From NCBI GenBank assembly GCA_963744055.1, contig CAVUSL010000015.1, positions 5,880 to 69,879 on the forward strand: DNA of 64,000 nucleotides, read 5' to 3'. The stretch's first letter is position 1. Each line of letters begins with the position of its first letter. This document shows positions 35,349 to 44,411 of this stretch, piece by piece. The DNA comes from an uncultured Acidobacteriota bacterium. Lineage in GTDB: Bacteria; Acidobacteriota; Terriglobia; Terriglobales; Acidobacteriaceae. The position numbers were made by a program, and so were the translations under genes. Under the pieces are notes generated by a model that made no database searches, had not been told where the DNA came from, and saw only the letters and a program-made list of their open reading frames with translations.

Positions 35349-35672
35349 TCATGCAATGCGCTGGTGATCTTCCGGACGGACGGGCGTTTCCTTGTGGGCT
35401 TCCCCGCTATCAGCTGCGCGCGCAGAAGCAACCATAGCTTCTGGGTCAAAGTTCATAGGTTCTTTCCGAGGGAGCAGCAGCATCGACGCCCGGCGCCACG
35501 AACGCTCATAGCAGTCTCCACAGCGGGCAAGGCGTAAACCGATGGCGGGCAAGACAAATCTCTCGACCCAATTGCGCGGGCGTGAGGCGTAGCCCTCGCT
35601 GCTGCCGCACTTTCGGCAACGAAATTCCTTGAGAAGAGGGGCCCAAAAACGGGAGCCGGAAAACGCGCACAT
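35349..35672 (-). CDS. Small zinc-ribbon protein (hypothetical)
   Basis: 107-aa ORF with CRKCGS...CGDC, i.e. four Cys in two CxxC pairs. AGGA lies 11 nt upstream of the ATG. The overlapping 151-aa ORF looks non-coding. Confidence 0.4.
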   Translation of the reverse strand: MCAFSGSRFWAPLLKEFRCRKCGSSEGYASRPRNWVERFVLPAIGLRLARCGDCYERSWRRASMLLLPRKEPMNFDPEAMVASARAADSGEAHKETPVRPEDHQRIA

Positions 35673-35922
35673 CGAAGTAGTTCCTCTGGGGCTCGCGACC
35701 GGGGAAACTCTGATAACCCTACCGACTGAATTGATTCTAACCCCTTTTGGCTCAGAAAGTTTTGCTGAAAAGATTGAACGGGTGGACAGTCAGATGTGTG
35801 ACCGGCCCGGCTTGGATGCCTGACGGGCGTACTTGTAATGGTCTGCCACAGCGTGCTAACGTGCGCGGTCGCAGGCAATTGCTGGATATATCGCGTCCCA
35901 CGAATCACTTGCGAGGATCTTC

Positions 35923-37956
35923 ATGAGCACTCAAACCGCCGCGCCTCCTGAAAAACGCTACCGCCCTTACGTTCCCGAGAACATGGAGATGAAGGAGTTC
36001 ACGTTCCGGGCCGTGCTGATCGGGCTGTTTCTAACGGTAATCCTCGGAGCGGCCAATGCTTACCTTGGCTTACGAGCCGGCATGACCATCGCTGCGACGT
36101 ATCCGGCGGCCGTCATCGGCATGGCTCTTTTGCGTTTGATGAAAGGCTCCCTGCTCGAAGAGAACATTGCCCGAACCGTGGGTTCGATCGGCGAATCGGT
36201 GGCGGCGGGTGCAGTCTTCACGATTCCTGCATTCCTGATTTCTGGCGCATGGAGTTCGTTTGGATTTCACGACGCCTACTGGAAATCAGTTGCGTTGATG
36301 GCGGTGGGCGGATCGCTCGGCATTTTGTTCGTGACCCTGCTTCGACGGGTCATGGTGGAAGATCCCGAACTTCCCTTTCCCGAGTCCGTGGCCGCGTCGG
36401 AAATTCACAAGGCCGGACAGCAGGGCGCAGGAGCAGCGAAGTTGCTCTTCGCCAATATGGGCTTGGGCGGATTGATCTACCTGCTGGGCTCATTTCAGTT
36501 ATTCAATGCCAGCAAAGCTTTCGTCATACACATCGGACAGATCGGAAGCAGCGCGCTGAAGCTGGGAAGAACCGCTGCAGCGCCGGTAGTGAGCGTGGGT
36601 GGCGTGACGACATTCCAGGCGCCTGCGATCAGCCCTGCGTATCTTGGTGTGGGCTACATCATCGGACCGCGACTGGCAGCGTTGAACTTCGCGGGAGGCG
36701 TGGTCGCTTGGGGATTGCTGGTCCCACTGATCATCTACTTCCTTGGGCCGACTTTGCAGGCCACGATGGCTCCCGGCACGGAAGGCAATCTGGCCGGAGC
36801 TGTCTGGTACAACATCGTCCGCCCGGTCGCCGTTGGCGGCATGATGGTGGGCGCGGCATGGACGCTGTTCCGCATGCGCAAGAGCCTCGCGATCGGTATG
36901 AAGCGCGCAGTTTCTGACTTGAAGAAGTCGGCGGCCGTTCACGCAGCGACCAACCGCACCGAGCGCGACCTGAATGGCAAGGTGGTATTCGGAGGACTGG
37001 GCGCGGCGTTTCTCTGCATGATCGTGTTGTATTTTCACTTTTCAGGCACGTTAAGCGGGGCGATCACGGCCGCGATAGTCATGATCGTAGTCGGCTTCTT
37101 CTTCGCAGCCGTATCGGGCAACCTGGTTGGCATGATTGGTTCGTCCAACAATCCAGTGTCGGGATTGACGCTCTGCACGCTGATCATCGCCGCTTTGCTG
37201 ATGGTAGCGATTGGCGTGTCGGGCATGAGCGGTGTGGCGGCTGTACTGGGTGTCGCGGCTGTGGTTTGCGTATCGTCGGCAGTCGCGGGCGAAATGTTGC
37301 AAGACCTGAAAGTCGGTCACATTCTCGGAGGCACTCCGGCCAAGATGCAGCTGGGAGATTTCCTGGGCATTCTAGTAGCCAGCCTTGCTTTGTATTTCCC
37401 GTTGCTGGTGCTGCATCAGGGAAACATCAATCGCGGTGGAATCGGCTTTGGCGATCCGCAACTCTCCGCGCCACAGGCGGGCTTGATGGCGTCTCTTGCT
37501 CAAGGCATTGTTGGGCACAACATGCCGTGGCCGCTGGTTGGAGCGGGCGTTCTGATGGGCCTTGCCATGATCATGCTGGAAGTGAAGAGCGTTATGCTCT
37601 TCGCCGTGGGCATGTACCTGCCGCTGGAAACGACCTTCGCCATCTTCCTGGGTGGCGTCATCCGCTGGATCACCGACCGGATGCGCGACAAGCGCGGCTT
37701 CAACGATGCGCAGAAGGCTCGCGTGGAAAATGCCGGAGTGCTGACTGCTTCAGGCATGATCGCTGGAGAAGCAATCCTGGGGCTGGTTGTGGCGGCATTC
37801 TATTTTTTCAATAAGCCGCTGCCTGTGATCTTTGCGCAGCCCGCGACGTATTCCGGATTCATCGTCCTGGTCATCATTGCGTTCGTGATGGTGCGGCTGC
37901 CGCTAGCCAACGCGGGCAGTCCGGATGAGCCGGCGCCGCCGACCGCCATCATGTAA
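35923..37956 (+). CDS. OPT superfamily oligopeptide transporter
   Basis: 677-aa polytopic ORF. The N-terminus EFTFRAVLIGLFLTVILGAANAYLGLRAGMTIAATYPAAVI is characteristic of bacterial OPT proteins. Confidence 0.85.
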   Translation: MSTQTAAPPEKRYRPYVPENMEMKEFTFRAVLIGLFLTVILGAANAYLGLRAGMTIAATYPAAVIGMALLRLMKGSLLEENIARTVGSIGESVAAGAVFTIPAFLISGAWSSFGFHDAYWKSVALMAVGGSLGILFVTLLRRVMVEDPELPFPESVAASEIHKAGQQGAGAAKLLFANMGLGGLIYLLGSFQLFNASKAFVIHIGQIGSSALKLGRTAAAPVVSVGGVTTFQAPAISPAYLGVGYIIGPRLAALNFAGGVVAWGLLVPLIIYFLGPTLQATMAPGTEGNLAGAVWYNIVRPVAVGGMMVGAAWTLFRMRKSLAIGMKRAVSDLKKSAAVHAATNRTERDLNGKVVFGGLGAAFLCMIVLYFHFSGTLSGAITAAIVMIVVGFFFAAVSGNLVGMIGSSNNPVSGLTLCTLIIAALLMVAIGVSGMSGVAAVLGVAAVVCVSSAVAGEMLQDLKVGHILGGTPAKMQLGDFLGILVASLALYFPLLVLHQGNINRGGIGFGDPQLSAPQAGLMASLAQGIVGHNMPWPLVGAGVLMGLAMIMLEVKSVMLFAVGMYLPLETTFAIFLGGVIRWITDRMRDKRGFNDAQKARVENAGVLTASGMIAGEAILGLVVAAFYFFNKPLPVIFAQPATYSGFIVLVIIAFVMVRLPLANAGSPDEPAPPTAIM

Positions 37957-37972
37957 GCATTGGGTTAACCTG

Positions 37973-38004
37973 TGTAGCGCGGGCGCCCTCGCCCGCGCTT
38001 TTTT
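37973..38004 (+). terminator. Family A REP hairpin acting as an intrinsic terminator
   Basis: tgtAGCGCGGGCG-ccct-CGCCCGCGCT followed by TTTTTTG, 17 nt after the OPT stop codon. The 10-bp stem is perfect. Confidence 0.8.
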
Positions 38005-38040
38005 GTCCGTTGTACATAGGGAACTTCTCGAATCGCACTC

Positions 38041-38745
38041 ATGTCCATAGCCGAAAATGTCGCGCGGGTTCGTGAGCGGATTCGTTTGGCGGCATCCAGC
38101 GCCGGACGCGATCCCGATGCGATCATGCTGATGGGAGTCAGCAAGACGTTTCCGCCGGAATCGATCCGCGAGGCGTACGATGCCGGGATTCGAGTTTTCG
38201 GTGAGAATCGGGTACAGGAATTTGCGGGCAAAGCCGACGCGTTGCGCGAATTGCGTGATGCCCGGTGGCATCTGATCGGCCACCTCCAGAGCAACAAGGC
38301 TGCGAAGGCGGCGGATTTATTTCATGCGGTGGACTCCGTCGATTCGCTCAAGCTTGCGGAAAAACTGAATGACGCTGCTCGGGCCGCGGGCAAGACGCTT
38401 CGTGTGCTGATCGAGGTGAATGTCGGCGGCGAGGCGGCCAAGAGCGGGATCGCTCCTGACTCAGCGGAACTGGATCGACTCTTCGCCGAGGCTCCGCAGC
38501 TTGCAAACCTCGAATTCTGCGGCCTGATGACAGTGCCACCCTATACCGAAGATCCTCAAGGAGCGCGGCCGTATTTCCGGAAGCTGCGCGAACTGCGCGA
38601 TGAAATCGCGGGGCGGGGCCTGTCTCGCGTCAGCATGGACGAGCTCTCGATTGGCATGTCGCATGATTTCGAGGTCGCCATTGAAGAGGGATCGACCTGC
38701 GTGCGGGTAGGAAGTGCGATTTTTGGGGAAAGGGCCAAGTCTTAG
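38041..38745 (+). CDS. yggS: YggS family pyridoxal-phosphate homeostasis protein
   Basis: 234-aa ORF with LMGVSKT (PLP lysine), FGENRVQE and HLIGHLQSNK motifs. Confidence 0.9.
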   Translation: MSIAENVARVRERIRLAASSAGRDPDAIMLMGVSKTFPPESIREAYDAGIRVFGENRVQEFAGKADALRELRDARWHLIGHLQSNKAAKAADLFHAVDSVDSLKLAEKLNDAARAAGKTLRVLIEVNVGGEAAKSGIAPDSAELDRLFAEAPQLANLEFCGLMTVPPYTEDPQGARPYFRKLRELRDEIAGRGLSRVSMDELSIGMSHDFEVAIEEGSTCVRVGSAIFGERAKS

Positions 38746-38764
38746 GAGAACCTCAGGAAAGCAT

Positions 38765-38910
38765 TTAACCGCGAAGGACGCAAATAGTACGCGAAGCCCG
38801 CAAAGAAAAGCATGAGGCAAATGATCACCATAATTTTTGTAGATTGAGTACTTCTTCTTGATCGACTTTCTTTGCGTGCTTTGCGCCGCCTTTGCGTTCT
38901 TCGCGGTTAA
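38765..38910. repeat. MITE-like element of family C inserted between yggS and yggU
   Basis: ttaaccgcgaaggacgcaaatagtacgcgaagcccgcaaag ... ctttgcgccgcctttgcgttcttcgcggttaa are clear terminal inverted repeats. Confidence 0.75.
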
Positions 38911-38925
38911 CGGCTTTCCATCCCC

Positions 38926-39213
38926 ATGATTCCAGTCCATGAAAGCGCGCTGGGCACAACCTTCGCGGTCAAAATACACCCGCGTGCCCGGAAGAATGCC
39001 ATCACGGGCGAGTTGGGCGATGCTTTGAAGATCTCGCTTACGGCGCCGCCAATCGATGGCAAGGCCAACGAGGCCTGCATGGAATTCTTTGCAATTCTTT
39101 TGAAGGTGCCGCGCGCCTCCGTTACTATTGCTGCCGGCCAAAGCAGCCGAAGCAAAGTCATTCGCATCACTGGCCTGACCGCGCAACAGGTTCGAGATCG
39201 ATTGAGCCGTTAA
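38926..39213 (+). CDS. yggU: DUF167 family protein (YggU-like)
   Basis: 95-aa ORF with APPIDGKANEA...GQSSRSKVIRI, the DUF167 pattern. Confidence 0.85.
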   Translation: MIPVHESALGTTFAVKIHPRARKNAITGELGDALKISLTAPPIDGKANEACMEFFAILLKVPRASVTIAAGQSSRSKVIRITGLTAQQVRDRLSR

Positions 39214-39217
39214 GAAC

Positions 39218-39242
39218 GCGGATAAGAGTGTCCGCGCCACAC
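39218..39242 (-). repeat. REP-like hairpin, family A (CGCGGATAAGAGTGTCCGCGCCACA)
   Basis: It fills most of the 48-nt spacer between yggU and the POT transporter gene. Confidence 0.75.
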
Positions 39243-39261
39243 CGGCGTCTCAGGAGCCTTC

Positions 39262-40548
39262 TTGACTCTTTCCGAACGATTGCAGGAAATTCGCTCTGGC
39301 TTCGAGCAGCCCTTCTGGGTCGCCAATATCAGTGAGATCTTCGAACGGCTTTCCTATTACGCAGTCTTTGCCGCGCTGGCGCGCTACCTGCACGAGGCGT
39401 TGCAGTTCCCGACCGACCAGGCAGCCAGTCTGAGCGGACTCTTCGGCGGCGCTGTGTGGGTGATGGCGATCGTCGGCGGCGCGCTGGCGGATCGCATCGG
39501 GTTCCGGCGTGCGCTCTCGCTCGCCTACTTCATTCTGACCTGCTCGTATTTCCTGGTTGGGTCAATCGCCGCACCCTGGCTCGAACCTTTGCGACGGCTC
39601 GTTCCACTGGGCTGGCTCGTGGGCGTCGTGTTGTTTCTGCCCGCGCTGGGCGTTGCGTTGGTTAAGCCCAGCGTGGTGGGGACGACAGCGCGCGCCTCGA
39701 AGGAAAGCGTCCGCTCCATTGGGTATTCGATTTACTACACGCTCGTGAATATCGGGAGTTTTCTCGGACCGTTCTTGGCGGGCTGGATCCATTCCCGCAT
39801 GCGAGTGGAGAACGTCTTTCGCCTCGCTGCCCTCAGTGTGTTTCTGATGTTCATTGGCGTGTTGATCTTTTTCAAGGAGCCGCGCCGTGTCGACGGCGAA
39901 CAGCAGACCACCTCCCTCGGGCAGGTAGGCCGAAACCTGCTGACGGTTCTTGGCAACTGGCGATTCGTGCTGTTTCTCGCGATCTTCTCCGGCTATTGGA
40001 TCGTCTTCTGGCAGCAGTATCTCAGCCTGCCGATCTTTATTCACGACTACGTTGATCCAAAAGCCAACACGGAAATGATTCTGATTGCCGACCCGATAAT
40101 CGTTATCACCCTCACCGTTGCGGTGAACGCGCTCACGCGCCGCATCTCCTCGTTGGGAGCGATCACACTGGGAACGCTGATCACCGGCGTAGCTTGGATT
40201 ATCTTCGGCGCACATCCCGCAGTCTGGACTGCTGTCGTAGCCCTGGTGATTGTGGCCCTGGGAGAGATCACTCAACAGCCGCGATACTACGAGTACATTT
40301 CCCGCCTGGCTCCGGCGGGGCAGCAGGGTACGTACATGGGCTTCGCCTTCCTGCCGATCGGCATTGGCTCACTGGTTGGCGGGCGTTTTGCTGGATGGCT
40401 GCTGCACCACTACGGCGAAGTTCAGCACCGGCCGGAGCGTGTCTGGTGGGCTATCACGGCTGTCGGGGTGGCTACCGCAGCCTTGTTGTGGATCTATGAC
40501 ATATTCGTGATGACAAAGAGCAATGTGCCCGCGAACTCACATACCTGA
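39262..40548 (+). CDS. MFS transporter, proton-dependent oligopeptide transporter (POT/PTR2)-like
   Basis: 428-aa polytopic ORF with a TTG start. ERLSYYAVFAALARYL resembles the POT signature ERFSYYG. Confidence 0.7.
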   Translation: MTLSERLQEIRSGFEQPFWVANISEIFERLSYYAVFAALARYLHEALQFPTDQAASLSGLFGGAVWVMAIVGGALADRIGFRRALSLAYFILTCSYFLVGSIAAPWLEPLRRLVPLGWLVGVVLFLPALGVALVKPSVVGTTARASKESVRSIGYSIYYTLVNIGSFLGPFLAGWIHSRMRVENVFRLAALSVFLMFIGVLIFFKEPRRVDGEQQTTSLGQVGRNLLTVLGNWRFVLFLAIFSGYWIVFWQQYLSLPIFIHDYVDPKANTEMILIADPIIVITLTVAVNALTRRISSLGAITLGTLITGVAWIIFGAHPAVWTAVVALVIVALGEITQQPRYYEYISRLAPAGQQGTYMGFAFLPIGIGSLVGGRFAGWLLHHYGEVQHRPERVWWAITAVGVATAALLWIYDIFVMTKSNVPANSHT

Positions 40549-40665
40549 AAGCTTGCGCGCCACCCTGCGGATCCCCCTGCGACACCCTAGCGGTCTGATC
40601 GCCCGGAAAATCACTGCAAAACCCTGGCGTGATGAGTTATCCTGCTCCGCCTTGGGTAAGCCTGC

Positions 40666-41394
40666 ATGGGCAAACGCAAAATCATTCCCGCATACATTGC
40701 AGCGCATATCCGCCGCGTTCTGAAGGACGGAGGCTCTGCGCCGCATGCGGAAGGGGTGCAGTGGTTCTTTAAAGAAGAAATTAAATCCCGCGGATGGCAT
40801 ACGGCGGAGATGCGCAAGGTCGCTGTGCGCTTCCGCCGCACGATCATCCGGGAACAGGATGTTCAATTTCTGACAAGGGTCGCCGATCAGCTCTTCCAGG
40901 GCAGGATTCTCGAGGAAAAAGTCTTTGCCGTGTTCCTCCTCGAGAAGATCGTCGTCGACTTTGGCGATGCCGAGTTTCGTATGTTCGAATCGTGGCTCGA
41001 CCGGATCAGCAACTGGGCGGATCACGATGGACTAGTGCACTACCTGATCGCACCCATGATGGTCAGCAAGACTTCACGGGCCAAGCGTGTTTTTGTGTGG
41101 GCGCGGTCGCGCAACCGTTGGCGTCGGCGCGCGGCTTGTGTGGCGCTGATTCAGGGCACGCGCCGGAAGTTGTTTCTGTCCGAGATCATACGACTCTCGA
41201 ATATCCTGCTCGATGATGCTGACGATATGGTGCAGAAGGGGCTCGGCTGGCTACTGCGCGAGACCGTCAAGCACAACCGTAAGGCGGCGATGCCCTATTT
41301 ACGCAAGATCCGCGGCCGAGCTCCACGTCTCGCCCTGCGTACCGCGTGCGAGACCTTGCCGGTTGCCGAACGGCGGAAGATCCTTGCGGCGTAG
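40666..41394 (+). CDS. DNA alkylation repair protein (AlkD-like HEAT-repeat family)
   Basis: 242-aa helical-repeat ORF. KGLGWLLRE and W....D.W..RRAA are patterns I associate with PF08713. Confidence 0.7.
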   Translation: MGKRKIIPAYIAAHIRRVLKDGGSAPHAEGVQWFFKEEIKSRGWHTAEMRKVAVRFRRTIIREQDVQFLTRVADQLFQGRILEEKVFAVFLLEKIVVDFGDAEFRMFESWLDRISNWADHDGLVHYLIAPMMVSKTSRAKRVFVWARSRNRWRRRAACVALIQGTRRKLFLSEIIRLSNILLDDADDMVQKGLGWLLRETVKHNRKAAMPYLRKIRGRAPRLALRTACETLPVAERRKILAA

Positions 41395-41454
41395 TCGCCA
41401 ACGCCGAATTCCGAGCTATTCGCGCAAAAACGTACCCTTGTTTACAATAGAGGT

Positions 41455-42627
41455 TTGCCCATGAACCTGCCGGCCATTCAATCTGCCCTGCGCGAGCGCA
41501 ATATCGATGCGTGGTTGTTTTACGATCATCATCATCGCGACCCAATCGCTTATCGCGTGCTCGGCCTGCCTTCTTCGCTGATGGTCACGCGCCGTTGGTT
41601 TTACCTGATTCCGGCGCAGGGAGAGCCGACGAAACTGGTTCACAAGATCGAGGCCGGACACCTCGATTCCCTGCCTGGCGCCAAGAGCGTGTACTCCGGA
41701 TGGCAGGAGTTGTTCGCGCAACTCAAGACCTTCCTCGGCGACCACGAGACCATCGCCATGCAGTATTCGCCTAATAACCTGGTATTCACGGTGTCGCTGG
41801 TTGATGCCGGGACGATCGAACTGGTCCGCAGCATGGGAAAGACGGTGGTCAGTGCGGCCGACCTGATCGCGCAATTCGAGTCGACCTGGACCGAAGAGCA
41901 GATTCAAACACACTTCGCGGCGCGCGACGCGGTCGACAGCATCACAGCCGCGGCTTTTCCGGAGATCGGCCGACGTGTCCGCAATGGAGGAACGACCGAG
42001 CATGCGATGCAGCAGTGGTTCATGGAAGCGTTCCAGCGCGAGAATCTGGTCACCGACGATCCTCCCGTGGTGGCGGTTAATGCCAACAGCGGCAATCCTC
42101 ATTACGAGCCACACGCCGAAGGCTCTGCTCCGATTCGCGAAGGTGATTTCGTTCTGCTGGATGTCTGGGCGAAGAAAAACACTCCGGGTGCGGTCTACTA
42201 CGACATCACTTGGACCGGATATATTGGCAAGGCACCGTCTGACAAGCAGCGCGAGATTTTTCAGATCGTCCGCGACGCTCGCGACGTTGGCGTGAAGACA
42301 GTGCTGGACGCGATCGCCGCCGGTCAACATATCGCCGGATGGCAGGTGGATCGGGCGACGCGCGACCACATCCAGAAATCGGGCTACGGAGACTACTTCA
42401 TTCACCGCACCGGACACTCCATCGGCACTGACGTGCACGCGAACGGCGCCAACATGGACGACCTGGAAATTCACGACGAACGGCAGATCCTTGCGAATTC
42501 CTGCTTCTCGATCGAACCGGGAATTTATCTGCCGGACTTCGGCGTGCGCAGCGAGGTGAACGTACTGGTGCGGTCAAACCATGCTGAAGTGACAGGCAAA
42601 ATCCAACGCGAGATCGTGATCATCTGA
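41455..42627 (+). CDS. M24 family metallopeptidase (Xaa-Pro aminopeptidase-like)
   Basis: 390-aa ORF with metal ligands in DVW..., HRTGHSIG and FSIEPGIY...SE. Confidence 0.85.
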   Translation: MPMNLPAIQSALRERNIDAWLFYDHHHRDPIAYRVLGLPSSLMVTRRWFYLIPAQGEPTKLVHKIEAGHLDSLPGAKSVYSGWQELFAQLKTFLGDHETIAMQYSPNNLVFTVSLVDAGTIELVRSMGKTVVSAADLIAQFESTWTEEQIQTHFAARDAVDSITAAAFPEIGRRVRNGGTTEHAMQQWFMEAFQRENLVTDDPPVVAVNANSGNPHYEPHAEGSAPIREGDFVLLDVWAKKNTPGAVYYDITWTGYIGKAPSDKQREIFQIVRDARDVGVKTVLDAIAAGQHIAGWQVDRATRDHIQKSGYGDYFIHRTGHSIGTDVHANGANMDDLEIHDERQILANSCFSIEPGIYLPDFGVRSEVNVLVRSNHAEVTGKIQREIVII

Positions 42628-43056
42628 ATGGCAAATTCCACGACTGCGAAACCTAAGCCATCGGAACCGCTGGTTGAACCGACCCCGATGACCCTCATGA
42701 CAGTAGCGGCACCCGCCATCGCATGGCTCGTTCCTGGGGCCGGACACCTGATCCAGAAGCGCTGGATCCGCGGAGGACTGCTGATGGCATCGATCGTCGC
42801 CATGTTCCTCCTTGGCCTGGCAATGCAGGGGCGCGTCTACAAGCCGAACGGCGGCGACATTCTCGACATGCTGGGCTTCGTGGGTAATCTGGGCGGAGGC
42901 GGGCTGTACATCCTGACCCGCGCGCTCGATTGGGGGCATGGCGCCATCGCGCACGCCACCGCGGACTACGGCACAAAGTTTCTGATTGTCGCAGGCCTGC
43001 TGAACTTCATCGCTGTGGCTGACGCGTATCACATCGCCATCGGGAAGAAACCATGA
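42628..43056 (+). CDS. Hypothetical membrane protein
   Basis: 142-aa ORF with 3-4 TM helices. It starts directly after the M24 stop (TGAATG). Confidence 0.5.
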   Translation: MANSTTAKPKPSEPLVEPTPMTLMTVAAPAIAWLVPGAGHLIQKRWIRGGLLMASIVAMFLLGLAMQGRVYKPNGGDILDMLGFVGNLGGGGLYILTRALDWGHGAIAHATADYGTKFLIVAGLLNFIAVADAYHIAIGKKP

Positions 43057-43235
43057 CGATCCAGCTCTCGCATTTCAGCAGCGCAATCCTGTTTGCGATG
43101 TTTGCTTCGGTGGTGTTCGGCATCACCCAGCGCAACACGCCTCGGGAGATGATCCGCTACGGTCTCTACTGCTTCGCGATGTTTACCGGCGGAGTGCTGG
43201 TGGCAGGCTGGGCGATGTGGCTGATCCGGCGCTAG
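43053..43235 (+). CDS. Small two-TM membrane protein
   Basis: 60-aa ORF with an ATGA start/stop overlap with the preceding gene. Confidence 0.4.
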   Translation: MTIQLSHFSSAILFAMFASVVFGITQRNTPREMIRYGLYCFAMFTGGVLVAGWAMWLIRR

Positions 43236-43307
43236 TCGTTAGTCGAAATAGCTGATGGCTGATAGCCGATAGCGCTGAGCTGAAGACTAATAACTGGCGA
43301 CTAGCGA
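43230..43307. repeat. Word-type palindrome (TAGTCG/GCTGAT words) between convergent genes
   Basis: cgctagtcg (43230-43238) pairs perfectly with cgactagcg (43299-43307). An inner hairpin ggct-gat-agcc is also present. Confidence 0.55.
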
Positions 43308-43312
43308 CCGCT

Positions 43313-44260
43313 CTACTTCTCTTCCCACACGAAAGCATCAAATACGCGTCGCAGATCGAATCCCAAACGACGATATAGATCCACTGCCCGCGTGTTCGCT
43401 TCCGTCACCGTCAGCGACAGCAGTGAGAATTTTCGCTTGCGCAGCGCGTTTGCCGTGCAGGCCAGCAGCGCTTCTCCCACTCCTCGCGAGCGGTACTCGG
43501 GCAGAATGCAGACCTGGGTAACGTGTCCCACATCGTGACGCACGCGTGAGCACAGGATCAGTCCGGCAATGTGGCGAGTCACCTTGTGGTTCACCACGAA
43601 CGACGCCTCGGGATCGAACTGACCGCATCCCGGGAAGCGGACGATATTGTTTAGGAAGCGCAGCGACCCGCTCAATGTGCGGTACTGATCGTTAATTTCA
43701 GCGTCCACATGGCCGCGATAGGCCGCGGTGATGACCGCAGCGGCGGACTGGTAATCGCTGTCGAGCCAGGGACGAATCTCGAAGTCCGGAAAAATCGAGG
43801 GCGCCGGCTGCGATGGCCGGCTCAGCGGCATGGCCATGAACAGGCGCGGCTGGCGGCGAAATCCCTGCTCCAAAAATGGCCGGGCGAGCACCCCGGCATC
43901 ATGCACCAAGAGTTGGGCTTCCACGCGGTGGACCCCGGGCGACTGCTGCAGCGTCTCAATCACATGAGTAAGCAAACGTCCTTCGACTTCGCGAGATTCA
44001 GGCAAGCGCTCGCCGTCGGTGACAAAGAGATCGCCGATGACGCCCTTGCTCCCCTCGTACACGAAGAAGGCATATCCCAAAATCCGGCCGCGCTCGACCG
44101 CGGCGTATCCAGGCAAGATCTTGGCATCAACGTAGCGCAGGATCATGTCAGAAGAACTGGTGTAATCCCACGAAAGCAGACGCGACCACACCTGGGTTTC
44201 ATCGTCCAGCAGGGGGCGCAGATCGACGGAAGAAAAGTGCCTGAGGTCGAGAATCTCCAA
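43313..44260 (-). CDS. GNAT family N-acetyltransferase (two GNAT-like halves)
   Basis: 315-aa ORF whose C-terminal half has the acetyl-CoA motif YRSRGVGEALL...AVDLYRRLGF. Confidence 0.7.
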   Translation of the reverse strand: MEILDLRHFSSVDLRPLLDDETQVWSRLLSWDYTSSSDMILRYVDAKILPGYAAVERGRILGYAFFVYEGSKGVIGDLFVTDGERLPESREVEGRLLTHVIETLQQSPGVHRVEAQLLVHDAGVLARPFLEQGFRRQPRLFMAMPLSRPSQPAPSIFPDFEIRPWLDSDYQSAAAVITAAYRGHVDAEINDQYRTLSGSLRFLNNIVRFPGCGQFDPEASFVVNHKVTRHIAGLILCSRVRHDVGHVTQVCILPEYRSRGVGEALLACTANALRKRKFSLLSLTVTEANTRAVDLYRRLGFDLRRVFDAFVWEEK

Positions 44261-44411
44261 GGGACTCCGAGAAGCGCGCCCTGGCCCGACCGAGCATCGT
44301 GAGGGCGTGAACCAAGCAGTCTAGTGCTTCAAACTGTGTGAGGCAAACGGGGGAACGCCGGAGTGGTTGGCGAAACTGGTTCGGGTTCTGGGATCGCATT
44401 TCATGCAGCGA

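Noticed and set aside
35453-35908. A 151-aa minus-strand ORF overlapping the zinc-ribbon ORF and the OPT upstream region.
   Set aside because: Its composition is non-coding-like (Ser/Pro/Arg/Ala-rich) with no motifs. The alternative 107-aa frame has two CxxC pairs and a plausible RBS.
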